A stretch of DNA of 64,000 nt from Eledone cirrhosa (taxonomy: Eukaryota), in contig OZ024762.1 of NCBI GenBank assembly GCA_964016885.1, positions 434,001-498,000 of the forward strand, read 5' to 3'. Positions 13,311 to 31,062 of the stretch are shown in pieces. Within the stretch, counting starts at the first letter, position 1. Each line of letters begins with the position of its first letter. The notes under the pieces were generated by a model that was not told where the DNA came from, did not search any database, and saw only the letters and a program-made list of their open reading frames with translations. Position numbers and translations under genes: made by a program.

Positions 13311-13315
13311 CCTAT

Positions 13316-16942
<3,627 letters not shown>

Positions 16943-17312
16943 GTTAGTTAATTAACTGCGGCAAGCACCTGTCAGTGAAATATAAACAGATTTAAATTAA
17001 ATAAAAGCCCCAACACGAGAAGTTACAAGAAGACGGAGTTAATGTTTAAAGACAGCAGAAGAGAGAGAAAAGGTTTGACATTGGATAGAAAAATATTGGA
17101 AGATTTATTGACCGGGAATTTAGTTTCGGGGAGTTTTTTTAATGTTGAGAATTTCTGGTTTTATTTTATTATATTAATATTGAGAAAATATGGAAAATTT
17201 TGATATTGATTTAAAAAAAAATGATGTAAATATTAATAGTAATAATAGTAATTTTCGGAAACCTTAAACAAGAAGTTAAAGAAAATCTACTTTCCTCTGT
17301 CTTCCTCTACAT

Positions 17313-17355
<43 letters not shown>

Positions 17356-17997
17356 CATCACATTATATACACACAGACGTACGTACGTACATATATATTT
17401 CGCATTATATACACACACCTATATATATATATATCACATTATATACACACGCCACGTGTATACATAAACACCACACATTATATACACTCACGTATATATA
17501 TATAGTACACCATATATATAAACACTACATATACTATATACAACTGTCGCGTGGTGAATATTCAAAACACATTCGTATACACAATATATACACACATACA
17601 TATATATACACTCCCATACATATATATCTACACAATATATACATACATACACACACATTTATATAAATACACCCATACATATATATATATATATATATCT
17701 ACACACACAATATATAAATACACAATACACACACATATATCTGCGCATACTATATATATATATATATATATACACACACCCATCCATACAGATACACACA
17801 CACACTATATATATATATATCCGTACATACATACATACATATATCCATCCATCCATACAATATACACATCCGTACATTCATACATATATACATTCATCCA
17901 TACAATACACATACACACACACATATATATATACATATCCGTACTGCGCACTATACACAGTAATTTCATTATTATTATCCATCCATCCATACATTAT

Positions 17998-18038
<41 letters not shown>

Positions 18039-18092
18039 CACACCCAGTGATGTGTTAAATGTAAAACTCCAACTTCCTGTGCTAACCTGAGA
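16943..18092. promoter_or_regulatory. Bidirectional promoter region shared by FARS2 and LYRM4
   Basis: The two start codons diverge ~1.15 kb apart. An ETS-like ACTTCCTG lies at ~18072, just upstream of the LYRM4 ATG. TSS positions cannot be seen. Confidence 0.6.
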
Positions 18093-18356
18093 ATGTCTGC
18101 GACCCGAACACAAGTCCTCACCTTATATAAGAGAATATTGAGAGAAGCCCAGAAGTTTCAGACCTATAACTATAGGTAATTAAACCCTTAAATATATATA
18201 CACACACGTGGTCTAGCACCTTAATTAGTTAATTAGAAGAAGTATTTCGCTTACCCAGAAAACGGCGGAAATATTTATAAATCGACAAAATTGTTGAGAG
18301 TGAACATGTGATTAGTTGTTGATTTAGGCTGAAGGTTATCACCCGTCTTTGGTATA

Positions 18357-18399
<43 letters not shown>

Positions 18400-18433
18400 A
18401 TACACATATATATATATATATATATGTGTGTGT

Positions 18434-18483
<50 letters not shown>

Positions 18484-20276
18484 AATATAAGATCAAAAGA
18501 TAGTTAAAAGAGTTCCATGTATTTTATTATGCGCATTTCAAAAACAAAATGTATATATACATATATATATATATATAATTATCTATGTCTATGTGTATGT
18601 ATATAAATATGTGTGTTCATGCATGTGTATATGTATAGATGTGTGTGTGTATCTATATGTATTTATAATTACTTCAGTTTCTTTTTAATTTTGTTTCTAT
18701 TTTTATAATTACATTCAACGGTTGCCGTACATGTTGTTATTGTTGTTGTGTCTGAATAATTAATGTTCATTCTTACGTAATTAGTTAAAATTAATTAGGT
18801 TTCTTGTATAGTAAGTAATTATAGTTTGTTGATTAGAGTTCAGTCCTGTTCGATCAGAGACCTAGCTTCATCTGGGGCATTACCGTCCTTCTGTCAAAGG
18901 TGGTACTGTACTCAACCATGGCCTTCCGGTCTTAATATGAAAGGTGGTATTCCAACCGTGGCCACACCGTGTTAATAACAAAGGGGGTACTCTAATCGTG
19001 GCCCTACCGCCCTAATATCAAAGGTGGTACTCCAACCGTGGCCACACTGTCTTAATATCAAAGGTGGTATTCCAATCGTGGCCCTACCGTCTTAATATCA
19101 AAGGTGGTACTCCAATCGTGGCCCTACCGTCTTAATATCAAAGGTGGTACTCCAATCGTGGCCACACCGTCTTAATATCAAAGGTGGTACTCCAACCGTT
19201 TTTCACCTCTATTTGTCAGAATATATATATTTCATCCATTTTTCACCTCTATCAGAATGTATGCATTACGCAGAACTAAAGATGCCTTCAAAGAAAACAG
19301 GTCTGAAACGGAGGCTTCGAAGATCGAGAAACTTCTAGAAAAGGCTGAATCAAATCTACAAATGCTGCAGAGACAGGTTGGTGCTGTTTGTTTACATTTA
19401 TATTTCATTTCAGCACAGGTCACCCTTATGAGGGACCGTCATCAGTAGTTCCCACCTATGGAGCTCTGTACACCAGAGGGGCTCTGTACACCAGGGAAGC
19501 TCTGTACACCAGGGGAGCTCTGTACACCAGGGGAGCTCTGTACACCAGGGGAGCTCTGTACACCAGGGGAGCTCTGTACACCAGGGGAGCTCTGTACACC
19601 AGGGGAGCTCTGTACACCAGGGGAGCTCTGTACACCAGGGGAGCTCTGTACACCAGGGGAGCTCTGTACACCAGGGGAGCTCTGTACACCAGGGGGGCTC
19701 TGTACACTTGTGGAGCTCTGCATGTGAACTGTGTTTAAAGTTTAAAGTTTTTACATAATATACACACTCTTGGATGTCTGAGTTATGTTAAAAATTCCAA
19801 ATACTTTAAAATAATATATACACACTATTGTATATATGTACAGTGATAGTGCTGGTGCTACATCAACAGTAGCACCCAGTCCACTCTGTAAAGTTATAGT
19901 GTGGGTACCACAACGAAAAGCACCCAGTCCACTCTGTAAAGTTATAGTGTTGGTACCACAATGAAAAGCACCCAGTCCACTCTGTAAAGTGGTTGGCAGT
20001 AAGAAGAGCACCCAGTTGGAGAAACCACCATATGTAGTAATGGTGATGATGATGATGTATGTGATGGTGGTGATGATGATAAGATTGAGGTGATGGTGGT
20101 GATGATGATGTATGTTATAGTGATGCTGATGATGATGATTCCTATCAATCTCCAAATTCCAATCCAAACCAATCCTCAGTCATTAGACAACATTTCAACC
20201 TCTTCTTCATCTTTTCCTTTCTTTTCAGACGGTCATTAACCAGCTTTTTAAGGAAGGTAAACTAATTATAGAGTGA
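18093..20276 (+). CDS. LYRM4: LYR motif-containing protein 4 (ISD11), 3 exons, 83 aa
   Basis: Exons 18093-18175, 19256-19376, 20229-20276: [83 protein letters not shown]. The LYK motif, YNYRMYAxRR and KLIIE end are typical of ISD11. Confidence 0.96.
18895..19198. repeat. 41-bp minisatellite in LYRM4 intron 1
   Basis: (caaaggtggtactccaatcgtggccctaccgtcttaatat)n. Confidence 0.85.
19460..19720. repeat. 18-bp minisatellite, ~14 copies, LYRM4 intron 2
   Basis: (ggagctctgtacaccagg)n. Confidence 0.95.
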
Positions 20277-20926
20277 AGACACCACCTGGCCATAATTAAT
20301 AACTAATTAACTATCTACATGATTGATTACTACTGTGATGATGGAGGTGGAGGATAGTGTATGTGAGGATAATGATTTCAACAACAACCTCTTCAACCAA
20401 GCTACCAACCAGCCAAGCAACCAATTAAGCAATCAGCCAATCCAGCAATTCACCATCTCAAATTATGCTGTGTTTTCAACTCTGTTGTTGTTGTTGTTGT
20501 TTATGTCTCATGACTTGGGAGTTGGGAATCGGGTTTGTAGACTCAGAAAGAATGAGTGTGAGATAGAGAGAGAGAGAAAGTGTGCGTGTGTGAGAAAGAT
20601 AAAGGAAGGGTGTGTGTGAGATAGAGAGATAGAGAAAGTGTGCGTGTGTGAGAAAGATAAAGGAAGGGTGTGTGTGAGAGAGGGAGAAAATGCATGAAAG
20701 GGATATATAGAGAGTGTATGAGAGAGAGTAAGAGAAAGGTGTATGAGAGAGGGAAAGAGATGTTTGTTTTGCTTCAATCTACCTCTTTTATAAATAAAAT
20801 ATCTTTTTTTTTTTTGTTTAGGTATTCAATTTAATCAAAATTACCTCCCTTGTTTCTATCACAAATTGGTCCATTTTGGAATATAACTTTCTATTATATA
20901 TGTATATATATATATAAAGAAATGAT

Positions 20927-20999
20927 CGTCCCTTGGTGGGCTTGAATCACCAACCTTTCGGTTAGCAGCCAAACACGCGAACCGATTGCACCACTAGAC
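20927..20999 (-). pseudogene. tRNA-Asn-derived pseudogene (anticodon now GCT)
   Basis: Minus strand GTCTAGTGGTGCAATCGGTTCGCGTGTTTGGCTGCTAACCGAAAGGTTGGTGATTCAAGCCCACCAAGGGACG aligns to the eukaryotic tRNA-Asn(GTT) body. The acceptor stem and B-box/T-arm are damaged. Confidence 0.85.
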
Positions 21000-21014
21000 A
21001 CATGTATGTATGTA

Positions 21015-21050
<36 letters not shown>

Positions 21051-21264
21051 AATTTTAGTACAGCATTGACGAAGCTTTAGAATATGGCCAAGCTAGCGTA
21101 TATGCATAATTGGTCTGTAGCTTGAGCACTCAGATGAGGAAAGACCCCAGAGTAATAACATTACGTTCAGACAGCTTAGCAAATCAGATATAGCGGTCAT
21201 ATATATATATATGTGTGTGTGTGTATATATATATATATATGTATGTATATATATGTGTGTGTAT

Positions 21265-21388
21265 GTAAAAGGTAAACAGAAATAACAAAACAAATGGCAA
21301 GTACATGGAAGGAATATATTAGTTTAATGCTTGAAATAGCAGGAAGAGGGTCTTAACGTTTCAGACGCTAGTCCTTCATCAGAGGAAA
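21265..21388 (-). mobile_element. Penelope-like short element, family A, with hammerhead motif
   Basis: CTGATGA-A-GGAC-TAGC-GTCT-GAAACGTTAAGA plus the shared 3' tail. Confidence 0.6.
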
Positions 21389-21599
21389 GAATGAGAAATA
21401 TATTTAAATGTACATGTACACACTCATATATATATATATATATATATATGAAGTGGTGAGGCATATTCCTTACCCAGAATTTTCGACAGATCCACAAGAT
21501 CGGAGTTAGGTGATAAAATGGACCAATTGAATTTATAACAAGCTCAGAAATAACTCCAATAAACCTGATATAAACAAGGGAAGTGTTTGTGTTGATGGA

Positions 21600-21630
<31 letters not shown>

Positions 21631-21834
21631 GTACACATATTTATGTGCATGTATGTGTATATATATATATATATATACACACATATATACATGTAAGTTG
21701 TTTTGATATTAAAAGGAATTTTGCTGAATTATTTAAAAACCTAATTATTTTTGCATTATTTTATACAATGAAGAATTTTTGAATTAAAAAGAAATTTATT
21801 TAAAAACTTCAAAATGTTGTCTTGGAGATATTTG

Positions 21835-22310
21835 TTGTTGTTGTTCTTCCACTTATTCCTGAGAGCATCGTGGTGTCAGTCCTCAAACACTCCTTCCAGC
21901 AGGTCCGGTCAGAAGCAACCATCTCCAAGTGAGACCAGCCAAGCTGATGGATGTTATCCAACCATCTTGCTCAGGAGTCTACCCTTGAGTCTCCTGCTGG
22001 TTGGTTTTACCAGTAAAATCAATTCAGAGATTGTTTCCTGAGACATTCTAACCACATGTCCTTAGTATCAGAGCTGTGATGTCTCAATATGGAGAAGTAG
22101 CAGCTCTACCTGGAGTGACTCTCATCACCAAGCTACACACACTATCGAGTAACGTTACCCCAAAAATCCTTTGGAGGAACCCTATTTTGGCAGCTTGTAT
22201 TCACGATCAAATCTTTTCGGTCATTACCCAAGATTCATGACTATAAGCAACAGTTGGCATAAATACCGAATTGAAGATAGCGAGTTTGGCTTTTACACCT
22301 ACCTCGCTTC
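21835..22310 (-). mobile_element. LINE (RTE-like) 3' end
   Basis: Longest copy of the CTCAGGAATAAGTGG family; extends into RT C-terminal coding sequence. Confidence 0.7.
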
Positions 22311-23029
22311 TGATTACCAAATGCTGAAGCTGTTTGTTTTCTTTCTTAAATTTAATTAAACTATTTGTTGAGGTGTGAGTCTCGTCAGACGAGAGCTTAT
22401 CATCTATGTGGTGTTAAGCTTTAACAATACAAGTGTATGCATGGGGGGTCCACCAAGGCTCAGCCTTTTTCTGTTTATTATAGTTCTCAAGGCCATAACA
22501 GAGGAGTTTAACCCATTACCATTTATATTATATATACTATTTTATTTTCATAGTAAAGGTTTTACCTCACATAATATCTCACATAACATTTACATTACTC
22601 TATATATACTATTGTATTTTCACAGTAAAGGCTTTATCTCACATATCTCGCATACCATTTACATTACTCTATATATACTATTGTATTTTCACAGTAAAGG
22701 TTTTACCTCGCATAACATTTACATTACTCTATATATACTATTGTATTTTCACAGTAAAGGTTTTACGTCACATAACATTTACATTTATATATACTATTGT
22801 ATTTTCATGGTAAAGGCTTTACCTCACATAATATAGAATCTGAGATTTTCATGATTTATTTTGAGAACAATACCTTAACATAAATATGAGTGGCCGGTTT
22901 AAACAGAAAGAGATGAGAGAATGCTGGCCGGATATGGCTGGTTTAAGAGGTACATTACTGAACCTTAAAAGATATCGCAGTTATATACAGGGTTGGTGCT
23001 ACCATTAAGGCCAACTAGGAAATCATATA

Positions 23030-23132
23030 TACAGGGTGTCCCCAAAAAATGTATACATACTTTGATTACCTCTACAAACAATATTTATTAGAATGCTGTT
23101 GAAGTATATATACATTTTTTGGGGACACCCTG

Positions 23133-23135
<3 letters not shown>
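23030..23135. mobile_element. Tc1/mariner-type MITE (CAGGGTGTCCC TIRs, TA target)
   Basis: ta|cagggtgtccccaaaaaatgtata ... tatacattttttggggacaccctg|ta. Relatives at ~41995-42090, 49610-49660, 51493-51595 and 58410-58480. Confidence 0.75.
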
Positions 23136-23173
<38 letters not shown>

Positions 23174-23422
23174 AGTGAACGTCTAGGTGAAATTAGAGAG
23201 AAAGATATGAACATCTCGAGAAATACAGACTCAGTATGTATGAGAATGTATGTGTTAAAGAGTGACAGGAAATAGAAATCTTCTGTGTTTTTACAGCTCC
23301 TCCATTTTAGTGGAACTCTCCTGTTTCAGTTATGAAAGCTTTTGTTGTTGTTGTTTCTCAGCATTTTGATTTCATTTTCAGGAAATGAAAATATGTCTGA
23401 AGCTGCAGGTAAGAGACTATAT

Positions 23423-23455
<33 letters not shown>

Positions 23456-23545
23456 TATAGTAACTAGTGTGTGTATATATATATATATATATCGTATATT
23501 AAACATAGATATATATCTATGTATCTGTACAGGTTTTAGTGTCTG

Positions 23546-23583
<38 letters not shown>

Positions 23584-24317
23584 CATATATATATATATAT
23601 CTACATCTGTCTATATTACTTGTAGTAATTAGTATCTGCATATATACACACAATCATATATATATATATATATATCCATATATAGATATATATGATTGTG
23701 TAGAGAGAACTATATATCAACTAGTGTGACTTGGTGTGTATATATGGCTACGTGCATCCTGTACGTATATGTGTGTGTGTATATATATATTTATATATAC
23801 ATATATACATATACGTACAACTTGTAGCCACTAGTGTGTATATATAATTCTAGCTACGTATATATACATATATATATACTTCGTAGTTACTACTGGTGTG
23901 TGTATATATAGTCATAAAGTAGTGCGTCTACATATACATACATCGTATATATATATATATATACGCATATTTAACATAAACATGTATACACACATGTGTG
24001 TATATATGACTAGATACTAATATAGGATCTCACATTAAACAGAAATATATATATATATATACACACCAGGTATATATATGTATATACACACACACACCAC
24101 GTATGTATATATATATATATATTTCTACACACCACGTACGTGTGTGCATATATACGTATATATAATTACAGCTCATATGTGTATATATATATACTTATAC
24201 AGCTCATATGAAACACATGTATTTCTACACCCCGTAGTTAAATAGCTAGGAACTTATATAGATTATATTAAGTATATATGTAAATCGATCTATCGATCTA
24301 TACAACCTGTAGTAACT

Positions 24318-24359
<42 letters not shown>

Positions 24360-24448
24360 GGCTAAATAGCGAGTCTTGTTCTAGTGTAACAACCATTAAT
24401 AAAATATTAAAACTTTACTTCGGTATTGAGTACTCGTAGTCCTGTAAA

Positions 24449-24515
<67 letters not shown>

Positions 24516-24535
24516 AGAGAGAGAGAGAGAGAGAA

Positions 24536-24720
24536 ATGGCTTCTACGGGACTAGAACTGTTTCATTTAATAGAAATCATCGGCAAAGCCCTTTCCTGATG
24601 ATTCATTTTGGATGAAACAGTTCTAGTCCTGTAGAACCCATTTCTATATTAAATATTGATGTTTAGACTCTACTAATGTATTGAGTACTTTACTGTGGTT
24701 ACCCCTGATTGAACCCGAGA
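24536..24720. mobile_element. Penelope-like element, family B, inverted (fold-back) pair of hammerhead motifs
   Basis: ttctacgggactagaactgtttcat...atcatcgg mirrored by cctgatga...atgaaacagttctagtcctgtagaa. Confidence 0.6.
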
Positions 24721-24730
24721 CTCTCTCGCG

Positions 24731-24788
<58 letters not shown>

Positions 24789-24887
24789 CTGACTGAATCC
24801 ACACGTGCTTTTTCTTAAGATTTTTCTCTTTCAGTTCCTTCCCCTTCTCACTTTCTATCTTTTTATTTCATCTTTATTTTCTCATTC

Positions 24888-24990
24888 TAACTTTTGATGA
24901 AAGACTAGTGTCCGAAACGTAAAGACTGTTTATTTTTTCATCGTACCGTGTTGTTTTCTTTGTTCTTGAAGCCGTTTATCTTTTGCATAC
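24888..24990 (+). mobile_element. Penelope-like short element, family A, with hammerhead motif
   Basis: CTT-TTGATGA-A-AGAC-TAGT-GTCC-GAAA-CG-TA-AAG. Confidence 0.55.
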
Positions 24991-25037
24991 ATAACTCCTT
25001 ATGACCCCCCCCCCCCCGCGCCTTTCTCTCCCTTATA

Positions 25038-25068
<31 letters not shown>

Positions 25069-25242
25069 ATCAGTAACTAGTCCGTATGTCTGTAATTTTC
25101 CATTTTTTATTTCTTTCTAAAGAATTATTTATTTACGTGGATATTAAGAAACGTTTTGAAAGTTACATTTTGAAATAGTCGATGGAATACTTATATATAT
25201 ACACACACACACATACATATACACCAACACATACATACATAT

Positions 25243-25273
<31 letters not shown>

Positions 25274-26548
25274 CACACACACACACATATATATATATAC
25301 ACACACACGCATATATATATATATATATACACACACATATATATATATATATACACACGCATATATATATATACACACATACATATATACACATGTATAT
25401 ACATACACATATATATATAGGAGATAGATATTTACCAAAATTAAGATATTTTGAGCACATCTTCCCCTCCCCCGAAAAGCACCTTTATTTCTAGTGTGTT
25501 CTGTGTTGGAACACATATATGTATATATATATATACCTCTGTATATATATATGTGTGTATATATATACAACTCTGTATATATGTGTGTGTATATATATAT
25601 TAGAAGTGTGTGTATATATATATTAGAAGAGCGTGTGTGTATATATATTAGTAGTGTGTATATATATATTAGAAGTGTGTGTATATTAGTAGTGTGTATA
25701 TATATATTAGAAGTGTGTGTATATATATATATTAGTAGTGTGTGTGTTAAAAAGATTCTTCCAAAATTCGGCGAACAAATTTCTAATTGTTTAAATAAAC
25801 GAAATTGTGTGTCTGTGTATGTATGTATGTATTTATGTATATACACACATATATATACACACACACTTCAGACTCATCGCATCTCAGCAGTTACCGTCTT
25901 TAATTTACACATATGTTGCTAACGCCAACTGCACACTAACGTATATATAATAAGCACACATACAGATACACACACACATATATATATATACCACATAACC
26001 ACACACACATATATATATATATACCACATAAGCACACACACACATGAAACATATGTGATGTTTGACGTCATACAGAAAATTCCCCTAAATGAACCCTCTA
26101 AAAATTCCAATACCAGCCAGTCTTTGACTCCCCTTAAAATACCAGTACTGACCAGTGTATGACTCCCTAAAAATGTCAGTGCCAACTAGTATTTAAGCCC
26201 CTAAAAATGCCAGTACTAACCGGCCGGTGAGTCTTTTACATGAATCCCCTAAAAGTACCAACCAGTGTGTAACCCCCTTAAAATGCCAGTGCTGTTCTGT
26301 GACTCCCCTAAATTAACCCTCTAAAGATGCCAGCCAGTGTGTGACCCCTCTAAATCACCACACTTCACCCATCTCTCTGATGTTCCCACATTTTACTACG
26401 ATGAAGCTACTCGCGACCCTTTTAATAATAATAACGCCTATTGATTTAAGCACAGGGTCAACAGTTTAGGGGAGAGGGGAAGTCAATTAAATCGACTCAG
26501 TGCGTTACTGGTACTTTATTTTACCGACCCCGTAAGGATATGAAAGGC

Positions 26549-26604
<56 letters not shown>

Positions 26605-26677
26605 CAACGACTCGCATTTCTCGAAGCTTCTACAAGAAAGCTAATGTTGACGTGTATATATATATATATATATATAT

Positions 26678-26875
26678 AACGAAGGAATTGTGGTAAGGAA
26701 CCAGATGGACCATAACGCACCGGAGTACTCAATACTTAGGGTAGTAGAGTGGGAAATAGGAGAAAGTATGACCCCGACGGCAGAGCCCAAGCCGTTTCGA
26801 CGGCTATTTCTGGACTCCAGAAATAGCCGTCGAAACGGCTTGAGCTCTGCCGTCGGGGTCATACTTTTTTCCTAT
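26678..26875. mobile_element. Fold-back element, family C (Penelope-like inverted terminal repeat)
   Basis: ~59-bp near-perfect arms at 26756-26875, inserted in (TA)n. A homologous copy lies at 59671-59878. Confidence 0.6.
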
Positions 26876-27067
26876 ATATATATATATATAATCATACGTG
26901 CGTGTATATATACATAGACCACATATATATATATATATATATTTACTTATATACATGTGTGTGTGTATGTAGTTAGACACACACAATATAGACCATACGT
27001 ACATAAATATGTGTGTTTGTGTATATATGTAAACATATATATAGTACCGATAACGTGTGTATGTGTG

Positions 27068-27330
27068 TTATTGGAACCCATGGTGGTCGTTATGGTTGCT
27101 AGAAATAGCAGCTAGACTAGTTATGATTGGAGCCCATAATGGTTGTATCGATTGCTAGAAATAGCAGCTAGACTAATTATGATTTGAGCCCATGGTGGTC
27201 GTATCGATTGCTAGAAATAGCTAGACTAGTTATTATTGGAGCCCATAGTGGTTGTTATGGTTGCTGGAAATAGCAGCTAGGCTGTGATTGTAGTCCATGG
27301 TGGTCGTTGTGGTTGCTAGAAATAGCAGCC
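27068..27330. repeat. ~58-bp diverged tandem repeat
   Basis: Recurring ggagcccatggtggtcgt...ttgctagaaatagcagctagact. Confidence 0.8.
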
Positions 27331-27986
27331 ACATTCCCTTGTTTTCTGCCAAAAATAAGGGTGTATGTATTCTATAATGTAGTCCTGTCATCATCATCAT
27401 CTTTTAATGTCCATTTTTCCACACTAGCATGGGTTATACGGGTTGTCCTGTTGTGAGACAAGTCAAGCCAGCTGGCCATGTGTTCATACAGAACTGTTTC
27501 TGGCTTGGCTTCTATGGCTGGGTGCCCTTCCTAACACCAACAACATTCACAGTGTGGACTCTGTGCTTTTTGTCATGTCACCAACATGACCACTTCACAG
27601 TGTAGTCTGCGTATTTGTCATGTCACCTATATGACCACTTCACAGTGTGGATTGTGTGTGTTGTGGTAAATCTAGGGACGTGTGAGGTGTATGTATGTCT
27701 GTATATATATGTGTGTGTGTGTGGTATGGTATGGTCCTGTAACTGCTGATAGAATCGTAAGGGCACTGTATTCTATACAGTGTATCTTGGGTATTTTAAG
27801 CCTGGCAGAGCCCATCCTTCTCCAGGCCTGAGTACAGCAGATTTCTTCCAGGGGAAAGAAGAATTGACCCCAGTACTAGACTGGTACTATATATAATAAG
27901 TATGGTAATGAAATGGTTAATATTTGTTTATTTACTGTTTAAAACTTTATATATTTCCAGAAAGTTCTGAAGTGAATGTTTTAAAG

Positions 27987-28787
27987 ATGGAGAAGGAAGA
28001 TAGTGAATGTCCTCCAGCGTCTGTCAATGACTGTTCCTCCTCAGCCTCGCCATCCTCTTCTGTCACTCTACCTAACAACATTGAAACAACAGACAAAGAA
28101 CAAGAAGTGCAACCATCTTCAACAACAGGTCACTGGCCTTTTATTTATTCCTTTCTTCCTTTCCATCTTTCTCTCTCTCTCTTGATTTCTTTCTTTCTTT
28201 CTATTATATTGATATATTATTAATTTATATCTGATCAACAAAGACAGGTGTGGTGGTCTCTAACTGCAACACTCCTCCATTTTGATCTTTTCTTCTCTGT
28301 TAAGTTGCCTGAAAAAGAACACATTGAGTCATTGACTTGCTCAGAACAATGTTTATTTTTACTGTTGTGGTGTTGTTAGGTCACCAGAGATGTTGTTAGG
28401 TCACCAGAACTGTTGTTAGGTCACCAGAGATGTTGTATGACTATAATTAAAGCAATGTTGTCTCCGATCGAGACGAAGTGAGTGTATTTGAATATATATA
28501 AAAAGGAGTAGACAGTGTGGTGAAGATGTTACCCCCAGGGATGGCAAGGGAGACTGCCACTCTGACATGTGGGACTCAAATATGAAATGAGATTATGATG
28601 GTATTTATTTCTGTTCTTTCTTCTTCTTCTCTACAGAAACACCCAACTGCAGTACTGCAGAGGCCCCTCCGATAGAATGCGTACCATTTAAAGTTATATT
28701 TAATAAACAGAAGTTTGATGTTGAGTTTGACTTGGATAAAACAATCAGTCAGGTGAAGAGCAACATCGAGAAGTTAATTGGTAGGTG

Positions 28788-28818
<31 letters not shown>

Positions 28819-30630
28819 CCCCCTAGATTAGGGGTCACAAACTCAATGACTCAAAAGTGCCATTATATCCTGGAGGAGAGGCCCAGTGGGCCAACAGTGA
28901 AATGTGTGGAAGTGGCATGATTCCCACTAGTTATGAAGCTGACCCCTATATTAACTGTTCATCTATATATATTAAACCTTCTATTTTTCCAGGTGTACCA
29001 GCTACCATGCAGAAAATTATGTTTAAAGGTAAATCTAATCTAATCTAATATTTAATTAAACTGTGTTGTGAGAGGTTTGTCGGTGTGACGGAGAGCTTTG
29101 TTAATTGTACATGGGTTTTTGAAATACTCAGCCGGTTTGTATGCTAATTTGATAACTAGTTGCTTTAGTTGATTGGACAGCTGTATGTCTGCCTGCCATT
29201 GTTAACAGGATATATATATACAGGATATATATATGTGTGTGTGTGTGTGTGTACAGAGAGAGATATGATAAACATTGTTGATATTCTGTGACTTAAATAA
29301 TGTTTTCTCTGTTTTCTGAAAATAATCGACAGGTTTAGCAAAAGATGAAATGACATTACGAGAGCTAAAAGTTACCAAAGGGGCCAAAATGCTTGTGGTG
29401 GGCTCCACCTTAACTGATGTTCTGTCAGTGAGTACACCTACAGGGGACGAGAAAGATGAAGCTAAAGGAGCTGCCTCTTCAAAGGAACCCTTATCTCAAC
29501 AAAAGGTAAATCACTTTCTTTCTCGTTATCCTTGTTTTATTGACAAGAGACAGGCCACAGGTACCCCTTCTGGGTTGGACGGGCCACAGGTACCCCTTCT
29601 GGGTTGGACGGGCCACAGGTACCCCTTCTGGGTTGGACGGGCCACAGGCACCCCTTCTGGGTTGGACGGGCCACAGGCACCCCTTCTGGGTTGGACGGGC
29701 CACAGGCACCCCTTCTGGGTTGGACGGGCCACAGGTACCCCTTCTGGGTTGGACGGGCCACAGGTACCCCTTCTGGGTTGGACAGGTTGTCAGTCTGACA
29801 CTAGAGAGGTGATAGGTACTCCTTCCTCTGGGTGGGACAGGTACTCACAGTTTGACACTAGAGAGGTCTCATGTACCTCGGCAGGTTGTCACTATCTGAC
29901 ACTAGACAGGCCACAAGTGATATAAGGCTAAACAATACAAAATGGACTGTAAGATGAAGGTAATGTAAAAGTTAGTTACCTGGTAATCTTTATTTTGTTG
30001 TTTCTTTTGTTCAAATATTTCAGGACTTAAAATTCCCTTCTTCAGAGTTTAAGGAACTTTCAGTAAAAAACGATTTTATTATATATCATATATTATATAT
30101 TATATATTATATATTATATATTATACAGTGAAATTCCATCATAACAAAACTCACGACTATAAAAACAAATTGGTTGTAACAAAAAATTCTTTATAACGAG
30201 ATCGATCTAACGAGCGTGTGCTGGGGATTGGAAAATATTTAATTATACTTGAATTTTATCTGTAATTATAATTTACATGTAGGCAGGTCTGTCTGGGGTG
30301 GGGGTATTACATTGCTGTGAGGGGTGCGGGGACAGTGGTCCGAGAACTTTGGGAACCTCTGAGTTACGTTATCTTTATTTTGTTTCTCTTCCAGATCCAT
30401 AAAAAAGTATTGGAGAAATACAACAAACCCGAGGATGTTTTGCCAGGGTTCCAAGGCAAGAAATATCCGCTGCCTTCTCAACCAATTTCCGGAATGTACA
30501 ACAAGTCTGGGGGGAAAGTCCGACTCACCTTTAAATTAGAACTTGATCAATTATGGATAGGTACAAAAGGTGTGTATATATATATATATCTGTTATATTG
30601 AATATGGACAAATACAAAAGGTGTGTGTAA

Positions 30631-30661
<31 letters not shown>

Positions 30662-30971
30662 CCCTTGCAAGCAGGGAAGAGCGGACGTAAAATGATGATG
30701 ATGATATATATATATATATATATATAATAGTAATAAATACAAAGGCCAAAATTTGAAGAGGGCTCAATAAGGATTGCATATATATATATATATTTATATA
30801 TATATAAACCCATAGTGCAAATATTTATTATTAGTACAGATTAAAGTTTAAGCAAAGTATTTCTTCAGAAGATCCTGTTTAGGATGAAAGCAAAAGTTCT
30901 TTGCTTAACTTTAATCTGTACTAATAATATTTATATATATATATACCAGTTTAGTACTGGGGTCAATTCTT

Positions 30972-31062
<91 letters not shown>

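Noticed and set aside
19388-19738. Repetitive ORFs (GALYTR)n and (PGELCT)n
   Set aside because: 18-bp minisatellite in LYRM4 intron 2.
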